This document shows, one piece after another, positions 1 to 9,253 of a stretch of 64,000 bases of DNA (position 1 is the first letter of the stretch; each line of letters opens with the position of its first letter). Under the pieces are notes generated by a model that made no database searches, was not told the origin of the DNA, and worked only from the letters and a program-made list of their open reading frames with translations. The translations under genes and the position numbers were made by a program. The DNA comes from Candidatus Kaiserbacteria bacterium (GTDB lineage Bacteria > Patescibacteriota > Minisyncoccia > Phycocordibacterales > UBA2100), in NCBI GenBank assembly GCA_016186695.1, contig JACPLC010000002.1:31335-95334 (forward strand), read 5' to 3'.

Positions 1-1
1 T

Positions 2-319
2 CGGGCCGGAAAGCCCATCACGGTGACGGCTCCGGGGACGCAGAAGCGCAATTTCACCCACGTGGAAGATACAGCGCGCGCGCTCCTCATGGTCGGTGAG
101 GGCGGGCATGGCGATGAGTATGGTATAGGCTCGCCGGAGTCGTATTCAATTCTTGAGATCGCGAAGATGTTCACCGATAAGGTTGTGATGTTGCCGGAGC
201 GTAAAGGGAACCGCATGGATTCGGTGGTGGACACAACGCGCATTGAAAAAGAGTTTGGCTGGAAACCACAGCACACGGTGCGCGAATACATCGAATTACT
301 GAAAGCTACCAAGAAATGA
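2..319 (+). CDS. NAD-dependent epimerase/dehydratase (extended SDR), C-terminal part; 5'-truncated by window edge
   Basis: Open frame from nt 2 (RAGKPITVTAPGTQKRNFTHVED...FGWKP), typical extended-SDR C-terminus; overlaps next gene by ATGA. Confidence 0.85.
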   Translation, partial: RAGKPITVTAPGTQKRNFTHVEDTARALLMVGEGGHGDEYGIGSPESYSILEIAKMFTDKVVMLPERKGNRMDSVVDTTRIEKEFGWKPQHTVREYIELLKATKK

Positions 320-1557
320 AACGCGTACTTATTTTTTCGCTCGCGTATGTGCCGTATGTGGGGGGTGCGGAACTTGCGATAAAGGAGATTACTGATCGAC
401 TCGATACTTCTGAATACTCGTTTGACATGGTTACGCTTCGTTTCGATCGCAGGCTTCCGGCTATTGAGAAGATCGGAAACGTCACGGTGCATCGGATTGG
501 ATTTACCGCACAGAATGTGAAAGTTTCCGATAGGGCACTTCCGTGGCAGTGCAGGCTCGCAAAATCTTTATTTCCGTTCACTTCATTTCTGAAGGCGCGC
601 TCTCTCCATAAAGATATAAGATTCGACCTCATCTGGGCAATGATGGCCAATCAGGCGGGTTTCGGCGCTCTCTTTTTTTCTGCTTCGCTGAAGCTTCGCA
701 GAACAGGCAAGTACGTGCCCTACTTCTTGGAGCTGCAAGATGGCAACTCACTCGAACAAATTCAGGCGCGCAGGCCAATTGTTTCGCTCCTATGGCCGCT
801 CTATAAGCGTGTTTACTTCAAAGCCGATGCCATAAAGGCGATATCACAGTTCATCGCACGTCTCGCGCGTGAAGTCGGCTACCACGGCAAAGTAGAGGTC
901 ATCCCCAATGCAGTCGATGTTGCCAAGTTCTCTGTACCAATTCCGGAAGATGAGACGGCGGGGCTGAAAGAGAAGCTTGGCAAAAAGATGGGCGATGTGT
1001 TCCTTTTTACCGCATCGCGACTCGTGCTCTCGCGAGGAGTTGAAGAGGTTATTCGCGCACTGCCACAGCTTCCATCAAACGTGAAATTTCTGGTCGCGGG
1101 AGACGGGGAGGATCGTGCAAAACTTGAGGCGATCGCAAAAGAGGCCCATGTCAGGGATAGAGTCATCTTCGCAGGGCATGTCGCGCATGCCGATATTCCA
1201 AAATATTTAAAGGTTTCCGACATCTTCGTGCGGCCTTCGATCATTGAGGGAATGGGGAGTGCATTCGTCGAAGCATTCGCGGCCGGTATTCCTGTGGTAG
1301 CAACACCGGTCGGCGGCATTCCGGATTTTCTTTTTGATCCCGACCGCGACAAAGATATGGAGCCGACAGGACTTTTTTGTGAAGTGCGAAATCCGGAATC
1401 GATCGCGCATGCCGTTAAAAAATATATGGAGAACCCGACTCTCGCGGCTCGGATAATAAAGAATGCAAAAGCTCTCGCAGAAGAGAAGTACGATTGGAAT
1501 CTGATTGCGGAAGCAATGAAAAAGCAGATATTTGATCCGCTTTCCCAAAGAGGATAA
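316..1557 (+). CDS. Glycosyltransferase family 4
   Basis: N-terminal YVGGAE; C-terminal EGMGSAFVEAFAAGIPVVATPVGGIPD (E-x7-E GT4 motif). Confidence 0.92.
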   Translation: MKRVLIFSLAYVPYVGGAELAIKEITDRLDTSEYSFDMVTLRFDRRLPAIEKIGNVTVHRIGFTAQNVKVSDRALPWQCRLAKSLFPFTSFLKARSLHKDIRFDLIWAMMANQAGFGALFFSASLKLRRTGKYVPYFLELQDGNSLEQIQARRPIVSLLWPLYKRVYFKADAIKAISQFIARLAREVGYHGKVEVIPNAVDVAKFSVPIPEDETAGLKEKLGKKMGDVFLFTASRLVLSRGVEEVIRALPQLPSNVKFLVAGDGEDRAKLEAIAKEAHVRDRVIFAGHVAHADIPKYLKVSDIFVRPSIIEGMGSAFVEAFAAGIPVVATPVGGIPDFLFDPDRDKDMEPTGLFCEVRNPESIAHAVKKYMENPTLAARIIKNAKALAEEKYDWNLIAEAMKKQIFDPLSQRG

Positions 1558-1608
1558 ATGGTTTGGAGGTTTGCTCATTCGGGTGTTTGCTGGGCGTAGG
1601 AGGGTGTC

Positions 1609-1806
1609 ATGACAAAAAGAGTGCATCGACACGACCCGCAATGGTCGGACGAGACCAACGCGGCAATCGCACATACGCCCGAATCGACGACGGTCATCGT
1701 ATCGATCGGGATAGGCCCGCTTCCAAGCATGAGCAAAGGAAGCAGCGCTCCCGAATGGATCTGGTTTTTTCCATCGCTGTGGTTTGTGCCACTGACGGAA
1801 GGTTGA
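1609..1806 (+). CDS. Small hypothetical protein (65 aa)
   Basis: Strong AGGAGG Shine-Dalgarno just upstream, fills the intergenic gap, followed by a 9-bp stem hairpin. Confidence 0.45.
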   Translation: MTKRVHRHDPQWSDETNAAIAHTPESTTVIVSIGIGPLPSMSKGSSAPEWIWFFPSLWFVPLTEG

Positions 1807-1813
1807 CGGTATG

Positions 1814-1845
1814 AGGGAGCGCACGTTCGCGCTCCCTTCCACTTT
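1814..1845 (+). terminator. Putative intrinsic terminator
   Basis: AGGGAGCGC-acgttc-GCGCTCCCT stem-loop followed by a weak T-containing tail (tccacttt). Confidence 0.5.
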
Positions 1846-1861
1846 GCTATAAAGTGTTTCA

Positions 1862-2941
1862 ATGCGTCTTCTTCTGGCGACAGGTCTCTATCCGCCTGAA
1901 ATCGGCGGGCCGGCGACGTATGCAAAATTGTTCGAGGAACAACTCCCGAACTACGGCATCGAAGTCTTGGTGCTTCCGTTTAGTCTCGTTCGACACATGC
2001 CGCCGATTGTGAGGCACGTGGCGTATGCGTGGCTGCTCGCACAGCGCATGCGCGATGTGGATCTCGTGCTCGTGCAAGACACCGTCTCCACAGGATTTCC
2101 CGTAGCCATCATAGCGGGGCTTGCGGGAAAGAAGTTTGTCGTTCGCGTACCGGGCGATTACGCATGGGAGCAGGGAACACAGCGGTTTGGCGTCAAAGAT
2201 TCTCTCGATGATTTCCAGAAGCGCTCGTACGGACTGGCCGTCGGATTTCTTCGCTCGATACAGCGATTCGTTGTGATTCGCGCACATCGTGTTATCGCGC
2301 CGAGCACATACCTTGCGAAGGTTATTTCTAGTTGGTCTCCGCGCATAAAGAGGATAGAAGTTATTTACAACGGCATCGAACTGTCGGAGGCGCTTCCGGT
2401 CGCGCGGCAGGAAAATCTCATTGTTTCCTCCGGCAGGCTCGTTCCGTGGAAAGGATTTGACGAGCTTATCGAAGTCGTCAGTGCTCATCCTGAATGGAAG
2501 CTCGAAATTCTCGGCGATGGGCCTCGACATCGCGAACTCAGGGATCAGATACAGAAGGCCGGATGTGAAGAGCGGATAACGCTTCGCGGGCGTGTCTCTC
2601 ACGCAGAGGCCCGCGAGGTCTTCGCAAGCGCGACAGTTTTTGTCCTAAACTCCCGATATGAAGGCCTCTCGCACACGCTTATCGAAGCGATGTCGGTCGG
2701 CACACCGGTCGTTGCGACACGTGCCGGGGGGAACCCCGAGGTTGTTCACGATGGAGAGGACGGCATACTTATTGCGGTCGGCGACAAAATGGCTCTAGAA
2801 GGCGCTCTTACGCATGTGCTGTCGGACGCCGGTCTGCGAAGACGCTTGGGTGCCGCCGCGTCCGGTCGGGCGAAAGACTTTTCAATTAATAAAACCGTCG
2901 AGGCAACCGCCTCGCTTTTGAAATCATGCGTGTCCTCCTAA
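1862..2941 (+). CDS. Glycosyltransferase family 4
   Basis: YPPEIGGPATY N-terminus, GRLVPWKG, YEGLSHTLIEAMSVGTPVVAT. Confidence 0.92.
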   Translation: MRLLLATGLYPPEIGGPATYAKLFEEQLPNYGIEVLVLPFSLVRHMPPIVRHVAYAWLLAQRMRDVDLVLVQDTVSTGFPVAIIAGLAGKKFVVRVPGDYAWEQGTQRFGVKDSLDDFQKRSYGLAVGFLRSIQRFVVIRAHRVIAPSTYLAKVISSWSPRIKRIEVIYNGIELSEALPVARQENLIVSSGRLVPWKGFDELIEVVSAHPEWKLEILGDGPRHRELRDQIQKAGCEERITLRGRVSHAEAREVFASATVFVLNSRYEGLSHTLIEAMSVGTPVVATRAGGNPEVVHDGEDGILIAVGDKMALEGALTHVLSDAGLRRRLGAAASGRAKDFSINKTVEATASLLKSCVSS

Positions 2942-4011
2942 TAAGTACTGATAGATCGATATTCGCCGAGGAGAGTTCTACGCGGCGCCGACATCGCGCA
3001 TATGCAAAATATTTTGATGAGCTGCACGTATTATGTATTTCGGAAGGGACTCCATTCGCGGCTGTGCGAGATGGGAATCTCACGATCTACCCATCATCTC
3101 CACCAGCTCCTTTTTTTAGTAAGCTTTCACGGCGTATACGAGCCGCATACAGTATCGCCGGCATTATCAGCAGGTATGGCATTGATGTCGTATCGGTCCA
3201 AGATCCTTTTGAGACTGGAGTTGCCGCACTTATTGGCATGATGGGGTTGGGAGCAACATTTCACGTACAGGTGCATACTGATTTTCTCTCGCCCAACTAT
3301 CGTCGACTTTCACTTATAAATCGAATACGGGCACTTATTGCAGGTTTCGTGTTGCGAAGGGCTTCACGCATCCGGGTCGTCTCTGAGCACATCAAGGCAT
3401 CAATTCAGGAGCAATACCATCTCAACGTACCAATTTCAGCTCTGCCAATTTTTGCTGACGTAGAGCGGATACATAGAGCTTCTCCAGACGAAAAACTGCT
3501 CGTGCGATTTGCTGCGTACAAAACCAAACTGCTTGTCGTTTCGCGTCTCGAGCCCGAAAAAAATGTCGGCCTCGCGATACGCGCGTTCGCGCGATCAGCG
3601 CCGAGAGATGTATGTCTCATTATCGTTGGCAGCGGCAGTGAGAGATTATCATTGCAACGTTTTGCAAAACGCCTGAATGTCGCCGAGCGGGTCTTTTTTG
3701 ACGCTGATGCGGAAGCGGCACCGTACTTCAAGTTTGCGGATCTCGTGTTGGTTCCGTCGAAATACGAAGGATATGGGCTCGTTATCATTGAGGCGCTTGC
3801 GGCGGGGAAACCGGTGCTCGCAACTGATGTCGGCATTGCGCGTGAAGCGGGGGCGATCGTGACGACCGAAGAGAAGTTTGCTGATGCACTTGCGGAGTGG
3901 TTCAAGAGCGGCCCGCGGACGGGAGAGTTGAAGAACTGCCCCTACAAAAATTTTGACGAGTATGTGCGCGCATACTGTGATGACATAAAAAGATGCGCGA
4001 TCGCTCAATAA
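2926..4011 (+). CDS. Glycosyltransferase family 4
   Basis: SRLEPEKN, YEGYGLVIIEALAAGKPVLATDVG. Confidence 0.9.
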   Translation: MRVLLISTDRSIFAEESSTRRRHRAYAKYFDELHVLCISEGTPFAAVRDGNLTIYPSSPPAPFFSKLSRRIRAAYSIAGIISRYGIDVVSVQDPFETGVAALIGMMGLGATFHVQVHTDFLSPNYRRLSLINRIRALIAGFVLRRASRIRVVSEHIKASIQEQYHLNVPISALPIFADVERIHRASPDEKLLVRFAAYKTKLLVVSRLEPEKNVGLAIRAFARSAPRDVCLIIVGSGSERLSLQRFAKRLNVAERVFFDADAEAAPYFKFADLVLVPSKYEGYGLVIIEALAAGKPVLATDVGIAREAGAIVTTEEKFADALAEWFKSGPRTGELKNCPYKNFDEYVRAYCDDIKRCAIAQ

Positions 4012-4032
4012 CTGCTACAATCCTATCCCTCT

Positions 4033-4923
4033 ATGGCTCAAAAAAGCAAGCAAAACAAGCCTCTTATTGGTTTTGTCGGGCAGGGCTATGTTGGCAAGAA
4101 CTACGCCGATGATTTCGAGAGTCGCGGGTATCCGGTTGTTAGGTATTCGCTCGAAGAGCCATACATCGAGAACAAGGGCCTCATAAAGGATTGCGATGTC
4201 GTTTTTATTGCCGTCCCGACGCCGTCGACGCCCAAAGGCTTCGACGCGAGCATTGTCGATAGCGCGCTTTCTTTGCTCGGAAAAGGGAAGATCGCTGTCA
4301 TCAAATCGACCATCGTGCCGGGGATGACCCGCCTCCTCCAGAAGAAGCATCCGAACATCGTCGTCATGTTCTGCCCCGAGTTCCTTTCGGTCGCGACCGC
4401 AGCGTACGATGTAGCGAACCCCTTTTTAAATGTTGTTGGTATTCCCTCGAACTCGCAAAAGCACAAGAAGGCGGCGCAGCTCGTGCTCGCAATCCTGAAA
4501 AAAGCACCGGAGAATCTCATGTGCACGAGCGAAGAAGCAGAACTCATCAAGTACGCGCACAACATCAGCGGCTACATGCAAATCCTCACTTTCAATCTCG
4601 TGTACGATCTCGCCGAGCATTTCAAGGCTGATTGGGGCCCGATACAGCGTGCCATTGAGAGCGATCCACTCATTTGCAACCGGTACGCAAATCCTGTGCA
4701 TAAGGGCGGGCGTGGCGCGGGCGGTTTCTGCTTCATCAAGGACATGGCGGCATTCGCGAGGCATTATGAAGAGACTGTTCGCGAGCCTGCCGGCTCCGCG
4801 CTTCTCGAAGCGGCGCAGCTGAAGAACGTCAGCTTGCTTGCTGCCTCGCACAAAGACCTTGATCTCTTGGAAGGAGTGTACGGGCAGAAGATGATGCAGC
4901 GGGCAAAGAAAGCCCGCCGATAG
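4033..4923 (+). CDS. UDP-glucose/GDP-mannose dehydrogenase family protein (short form)
   Basis: GQGYVG Rossmann motif, IAVPTP, IKSTIVPG, CPEFL, AELIKY, catalytic GGFCFIKD. Confidence 0.88.
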   Translation: MAQKSKQNKPLIGFVGQGYVGKNYADDFESRGYPVVRYSLEEPYIENKGLIKDCDVVFIAVPTPSTPKGFDASIVDSALSLLGKGKIAVIKSTIVPGMTRLLQKKHPNIVVMFCPEFLSVATAAYDVANPFLNVVGIPSNSQKHKKAAQLVLAILKKAPENLMCTSEEAELIKYAHNISGYMQILTFNLVYDLAEHFKADWGPIQRAIESDPLICNRYANPVHKGGRGAGGFCFIKDMAAFARHYEETVREPAGSALLEAAQLKNVSLLAASHKDLDLLEGVYGQKMMQRAKKARR

Positions 4924-5002
4924 CGGGCATGCGCCCCATTAGAGGCCGCGGTCGCTGATTGCCTTCGTTTTTTGTCCGCGTACGATACCCACATAGAGCT
5001 TT

Positions 5003-6070
5003 ATGGACAACGCAAGAAGTATGGGGCCGCGACCTACCTCTAACGGGGTAAATCTCCTCATCGTGACGCAGACGCTCGACCGCACCGATCCTGTTCTTGG
5101 GTTTTTTCACCGCTGGATTGAGGAACTATCGAAGCACTACGAACGCATTAACGTTATTTGTTTAAAAGAAGGAGCGCACTCGTTGCCGGAGAACGTGGAC
5201 GTGCATTCGCTCGGAAAAGAAGGGGGGGCGTCTCGGCTGAAATACGTTGCTCGTTTATTCCGCTACATTTGGAAATTGCGAAACGAGTACGACGCGGTTT
5301 TTGTGCACATGAATCAGGAGTATGTACTTCTTGCCGGCCTATTTTGGCGCTTAATCGGCAAACGCATATACCTATGGCGCAACCACTACGCCGGCTCGAT
5401 GATGACCAACCTTGCCGTCGCGCTCTCCACCAAAGTCTTCTGCACGTCGCGATTCTCCTATACCGCGAAATTCCGCAAGACCGTTCTGATGCCCGTTGGA
5501 ATCGACACGAACGTATTCAGGCCGCTGGACCTACCGAGGAAAGCGGGCTCGATACTTTCCCTCGGACGCATCGCGCCTTCGAAGCACGTCGATGTCTTGA
5601 TAGAAGCGGTTGATATCCTCAAACAAAAGTCGGTGGACATCTCGGCTCGCATTTTTGGCGATGCACTGCCAAAAGATGCCGACTATCATGCCAGCCTTTT
5701 GAAACGTATCGAGGAGCTGGGGCTCACAAATATACAGTTTCATGCCGGAGTTCCGAACTACGAGACGCCGAAGGTCTATAGCGCGCACGATATTTTTGTA
5801 AATTGCAGCGGGAGCGGCATGTACGACAAAACGATTTTTGAAGCAGCAGCGTGCGGAGCGCTTCCGCTTGCTTCGAGCCGCGATTTTTCCGAACTTGCTC
5901 CGGATTTTTCCTTCGCAGAAGGAAGTTCCGAGGAATTAGCCGCAGGGATCGAGAGGCTGATGTCAAAGTTAGATGGGGAACGGGAATCAGCGAGAGCCTC
6001 AATGCGCGCTCTCGCTGAACGTCATAGTCTGCGGGAGCTCGGAGTTCGACTCGGGAACGAGATTCGGTGA
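5003..6070 (+). CDS. Glycosyltransferase family 4
   Basis: GRIAPSKH, GMYDKTIFEAAACG variant GT4 motif. Confidence 0.88.
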   Translation: MDNARSMGPRPTSNGVNLLIVTQTLDRTDPVLGFFHRWIEELSKHYERINVICLKEGAHSLPENVDVHSLGKEGGASRLKYVARLFRYIWKLRNEYDAVFVHMNQEYVLLAGLFWRLIGKRIYLWRNHYAGSMMTNLAVALSTKVFCTSRFSYTAKFRKTVLMPVGIDTNVFRPLDLPRKAGSILSLGRIAPSKHVDVLIEAVDILKQKSVDISARIFGDALPKDADYHASLLKRIEELGLTNIQFHAGVPNYETPKVYSAHDIFVNCSGSGMYDKTIFEAAACGALPLASSRDFSELAPDFSFAEGSSEELAAGIERLMSKLDGERESARASMRALAERHSLRELGVRLGNEIR

Positions 6071-7629
6071 GTCTACACTATCCCTACATGCACTACCTTC
6101 GAGAAAATTGGCCCGTCGTCTTCGTGCTTGCGGTAGGGGTACTGCTTTCCTTTTCGTTTACGCTCGCGCCGTTTGATTTCGTTCTCGGGAATTTTCTATC
6201 GGACGATTCGTTTTACTACTTTCAGATAGCACGAAATATCGCCGAAGGGCTTGGCTCAACGTTCGACGGCGTGAACCCGACCAACGGCTACCACCCCCTT
6301 TGGCTCATCGCCGTTCTTCCTTTTTTCTCCGCCCTGTCGGATGGCAGCGCCTACGACATTGTGCCGATACAGGGAGTGCTTGCGCTCTCTGCACTTCTCT
6401 ACGTCGCAACGGGAGCGGTACTGCTTGCGATCATCAGGCGCTACACGAAGAGCGCGTGGGTGAAAGCGGGGGCACTCGGTTTCTGGTTTCTGAATCCTTT
6501 TTTGCTCTACCAGATGTTGAACGGGCTTGAGACGCCGCTCTCCGTATTTTTCATAGCGCTGCTCTTCCTTGCCGGCATCCGTGTTGCTGAATTACCGAGT
6601 ACGCGCCGCTTCATCGAAACGGGGATTGTCGGTGGTCTCATGATGCTCTCCCGCCTCGACACGGTGTTTTATTTTCTGGGTTTTCTTGCGTACCTTGTGT
6701 ATCGCAATAGAGTGCGCCGGAGTGTTCGACCTGTCCTCATTTCCGGCATCGCGGCAACGCTTGTGGTTGCGCCATGGCTATTGTGGAACGCGGTGAATTT
6801 CGGGACGGTCATAACGTCGTCCTCCGTAGCGAGCACGATGGTGAATCACGAGCTCATCGTGCAGGATCACGGCCCGAGCTGGTTCCAGACGTTTAAGGCT
6901 GCCGTGTATATGACCGATAGGGAAGCACGCGCCGTGGTGCCATTCACCGGCATCCCTGTTGTTCTTTTCGTGCTCGCCGGTCTGACGCTCGGCTGGTTTC
7001 TCTTCGGAAAGGGAAGATCTCTCGTCTCGCGTTTTCCGCGAGAAATACCCATTGAGCTTTTTATTGCGTCGGGATTCGTACTCAATTTTGTCGCGAACGC
7101 ATCGATCCGCTGGACTGCGCGGCCGTGGTACTTCATCGCAGTAAACCTTATGATTGCAATATGGCTCGCATGGTTTTTGGAGAAACTGCGCGAAGAAGGA
7201 TATATGCACCGATTCGTTGTAGTTCCTCTCATTCTTTTCTCGCTCTTCCTTTTCTACGTTGGTTGGAGTAAGGACTTGCGCAATGTCGCAGCACCACAGC
7301 GCCAAATGCTCGAGACGACACAGTGGATGAACGCCAATCTTCCGGAAGACGCTTTGCTCGGAGCGTTCAACTCCGGTATCCAAGGGTACTTCTCGACGCA
7401 TCGTGTGGTGAATCTAGACGGCCTCGTGAACAACGAGGCGCTCGCTGCGTTGCAGCGCAAAGATGTATGGGGGTATATGCAGGACGAAGGTATTCAGTAT
7501 CTTGCCGATTACGACCTATACCTCCGGTATCGCTACAAGAGCTTTTTGGGCATCGGCGACCCGTTTTCCCGTCTCGAACTGGTGTATGAGGAGCCCATCA
7601 CCAAACTTCATGTATTCAAGGTCAAATAA
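6067..7629 (+). CDS. Multi-pass membrane glycosyltransferase, GT-C fold (ArnT/PMT-like)
   Basis: About 12 hydrophobic segments; DDSFYY acidic motif after TM1, NGYHPLW, NGLET, SRLD, C-terminal soluble domain with VVNLDGLVN. Confidence 0.72.
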   Translation: MSLHYPYMHYLRENWPVVFVLAVGVLLSFSFTLAPFDFVLGNFLSDDSFYYFQIARNIAEGLGSTFDGVNPTNGYHPLWLIAVLPFFSALSDGSAYDIVPIQGVLALSALLYVATGAVLLAIIRRYTKSAWVKAGALGFWFLNPFLLYQMLNGLETPLSVFFIALLFLAGIRVAELPSTRRFIETGIVGGLMMLSRLDTVFYFLGFLAYLVYRNRVRRSVRPVLISGIAATLVVAPWLLWNAVNFGTVITSSSVASTMVNHELIVQDHGPSWFQTFKAAVYMTDREARAVVPFTGIPVVLFVLAGLTLGWFLFGKGRSLVSRFPREIPIELFIASGFVLNFVANASIRWTARPWYFIAVNLMIAIWLAWFLEKLREEGYMHRFVVVPLILFSLFLFYVGWSKDLRNVAAPQRQMLETTQWMNANLPEDALLGAFNSGIQGYFSTHRVVNLDGLVNNEALAALQRKDVWGYMQDEGIQYLADYDLYLRYRYKSFLGIGDPFSRLELVYEEPITKLHVFKVK

Positions 7630-7649
7630 TATAGAGATATTAGAAGGGG

Positions 7650-8111
7650 TTATCCCGTGGCAGTTAAGTATCCGGAGTAGAAAAGATATGCCGTAAATCC
7701 ACAGCCGGAGGCCAAGCAAAGCAAGACAGTGCCCATGTGCTTCTTGTCAGAATCGAACTCTTCATTTTTAGGAACGTAGTGCCAGAAAAAATTGTTAAAG
7801 GGTGGTGAAAGAAAGAGCAACAATCCTCCCGCTGTCAAAAGCATCCCCAAGCCAAGAAAATATCCGGCAATCACTAGAGTTACTACATCCCGACCCGGGA
7901 AAAATGCAGCAATGCCTAGCGGCATCATTGCAAGCCCGGCAAACACGATTTGAGGCGGCCAAAAATAACGAGCAGCGAAATAGTCTGATTTTGTCATTGG
8001 TTTTCCAATATCTTTGCCAGCACGATATTTAAATCCCGAAGGAGATTGTAAAAACAACGAGTAGAATCCCCAAATGAACATCCCTAGTCCCGCGACTGTC
8101 CACCAAAACAT
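7650..8111 (-). CDS. Hypothetical integral membrane protein (~4 TM), low GC
   Basis: 153-aa hydrophobic ORF starting 1 nt after the stop of the upstream GT4; visibly AT-richer than neighbours. Confidence 0.6.
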   Translation of the reverse strand: MFWWTVAGLGMFIWGFYSLFLQSPSGFKYRAGKDIGKPMTKSDYFAARYFWPPQIVFAGLAMMPLGIAAFFPGRDVVTLVIAGYFLGLGMLLTAGGLLLFLSPPFNNFFWHYVPKNEEFDSDKKHMGTVLLCLASGCGFTAYLFYSGYLTATG

Positions 8112-8112
8112 A

Positions 8113-9231
8113 TCAACTTTTTAAGTGTATCAGGATTATCTGGGCACGGGAGGACCACGTGTATTTCCATACCTCTTCACGGGCTCGTGCGGCTTTCCCG
8201 CGTGCTTCTTCGGGGCGTGAGAGGACGTACTCGATCTGCCGCGCGAGCGCGTGCTCGTCGTCGGGAGGAAACCAAAACGTCGTATCGTCGGTGAGAATTT
8301 CGCGTATGCTCGGAAGATCTGATGCGACGATCGGTACACCAGCTGCCATGTATTGGAAGAGCTTCAAGGGGGAAGTGTAGTGAGAAGAGATTTTTGGCTT
8401 TGCGCTGTTGGGAAGCACTAAACAATCTGCCGACATGGTGACCGAGGGCAATATTTGCCGCGGCTGGTATCCGATCACGTGCACTCGATCGCTCGCGTAT
8501 GTTTTTTTGAATTCTGCAAGCTCGCGATCAACACCTCCCATCAGCACAGTCTCCACTCCATCGGGCAGATATTTTGCGGCATTCGCGAGTGTTTCTCCCC
8601 CTTTCCACCCGTAAAAGTGTCCCGTGTACAGAACAATCTTCTTGTTCGGATCGACGCCATAGCTACGCCATATGTCGCGCGAAGGTTTGATGTCGAATTC
8701 TGCGAGATCCACCGCATCAGGTGCCACGACAATTTTCTCCGGCGGCACGCCGCCTTGTATGAGCGCTTCTTTGAGACCGTTGCTTATAACGACAAGCTTT
8801 GCGGCGCGGGAGACTGCACGGAAAAAAAGAAATGTGCGCTCCGGAATGCTGTGTATTTCAAGCACGATCTCCCTTGCGCGGGCAAAGAGCGCGACTTGGT
8901 AGTCTCTTGTGTAGACCGTCCTATCGAAGCGATGCACCAGCAAGGAGAGGAGGAATGTAAGCTGATCGAGCGCAAAGACAAGGCGCGAGTTCTCGAATTT
9001 TCCCAAAAGGTCGGTCGCCGAGAGTTTGCGGATACTGAACGTCGGCTTGATGGCGTAGTACGTGAAAGGATCTTCTTTGATACCGTGGTGGCGCGTCGGG
9101 ACGTATAGCTTGACATTCGCGCCGTGCGAGGCGAATTGCTCGCACATTTTCATTATCGCGTACCCGTGGGCTCGATCCGTGGGCAGTCGCACGAGCGACA
9201 CATAGGCAATGGATAGCGGCTCATCTCTCAT
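8113..9231 (-). CDS. Glycosyltransferase family 4
   Basis: RLPTDRAHG N-terminus, YTGHFYGWKG, TSPLKLFQYMAAGVPIVASDLPS; start taken at MRDEPL to avoid overlap with rfbB. Confidence 0.9.
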   Translation of the reverse strand: MRDEPLSIAYVSLVRLPTDRAHGYAIMKMCEQFASHGANVKLYVPTRHHGIKEDPFTYYAIKPTFSIRKLSATDLLGKFENSRLVFALDQLTFLLSLLVHRFDRTVYTRDYQVALFARAREIVLEIHSIPERTFLFFRAVSRAAKLVVISNGLKEALIQGGVPPEKIVVAPDAVDLAEFDIKPSRDIWRSYGVDPNKKIVLYTGHFYGWKGGETLANAAKYLPDGVETVLMGGVDRELAEFKKTYASDRVHVIGYQPRQILPSVTMSADCLVLPNSAKPKISSHYTSPLKLFQYMAAGVPIVASDLPSIREILTDDTTFWFPPDDEHALARQIEYVLSRPEEARGKAARAREEVWKYTWSSRAQIILIHLKS

Positions 9232-9253
9232 ATATAGTGACGATACTACCTCT

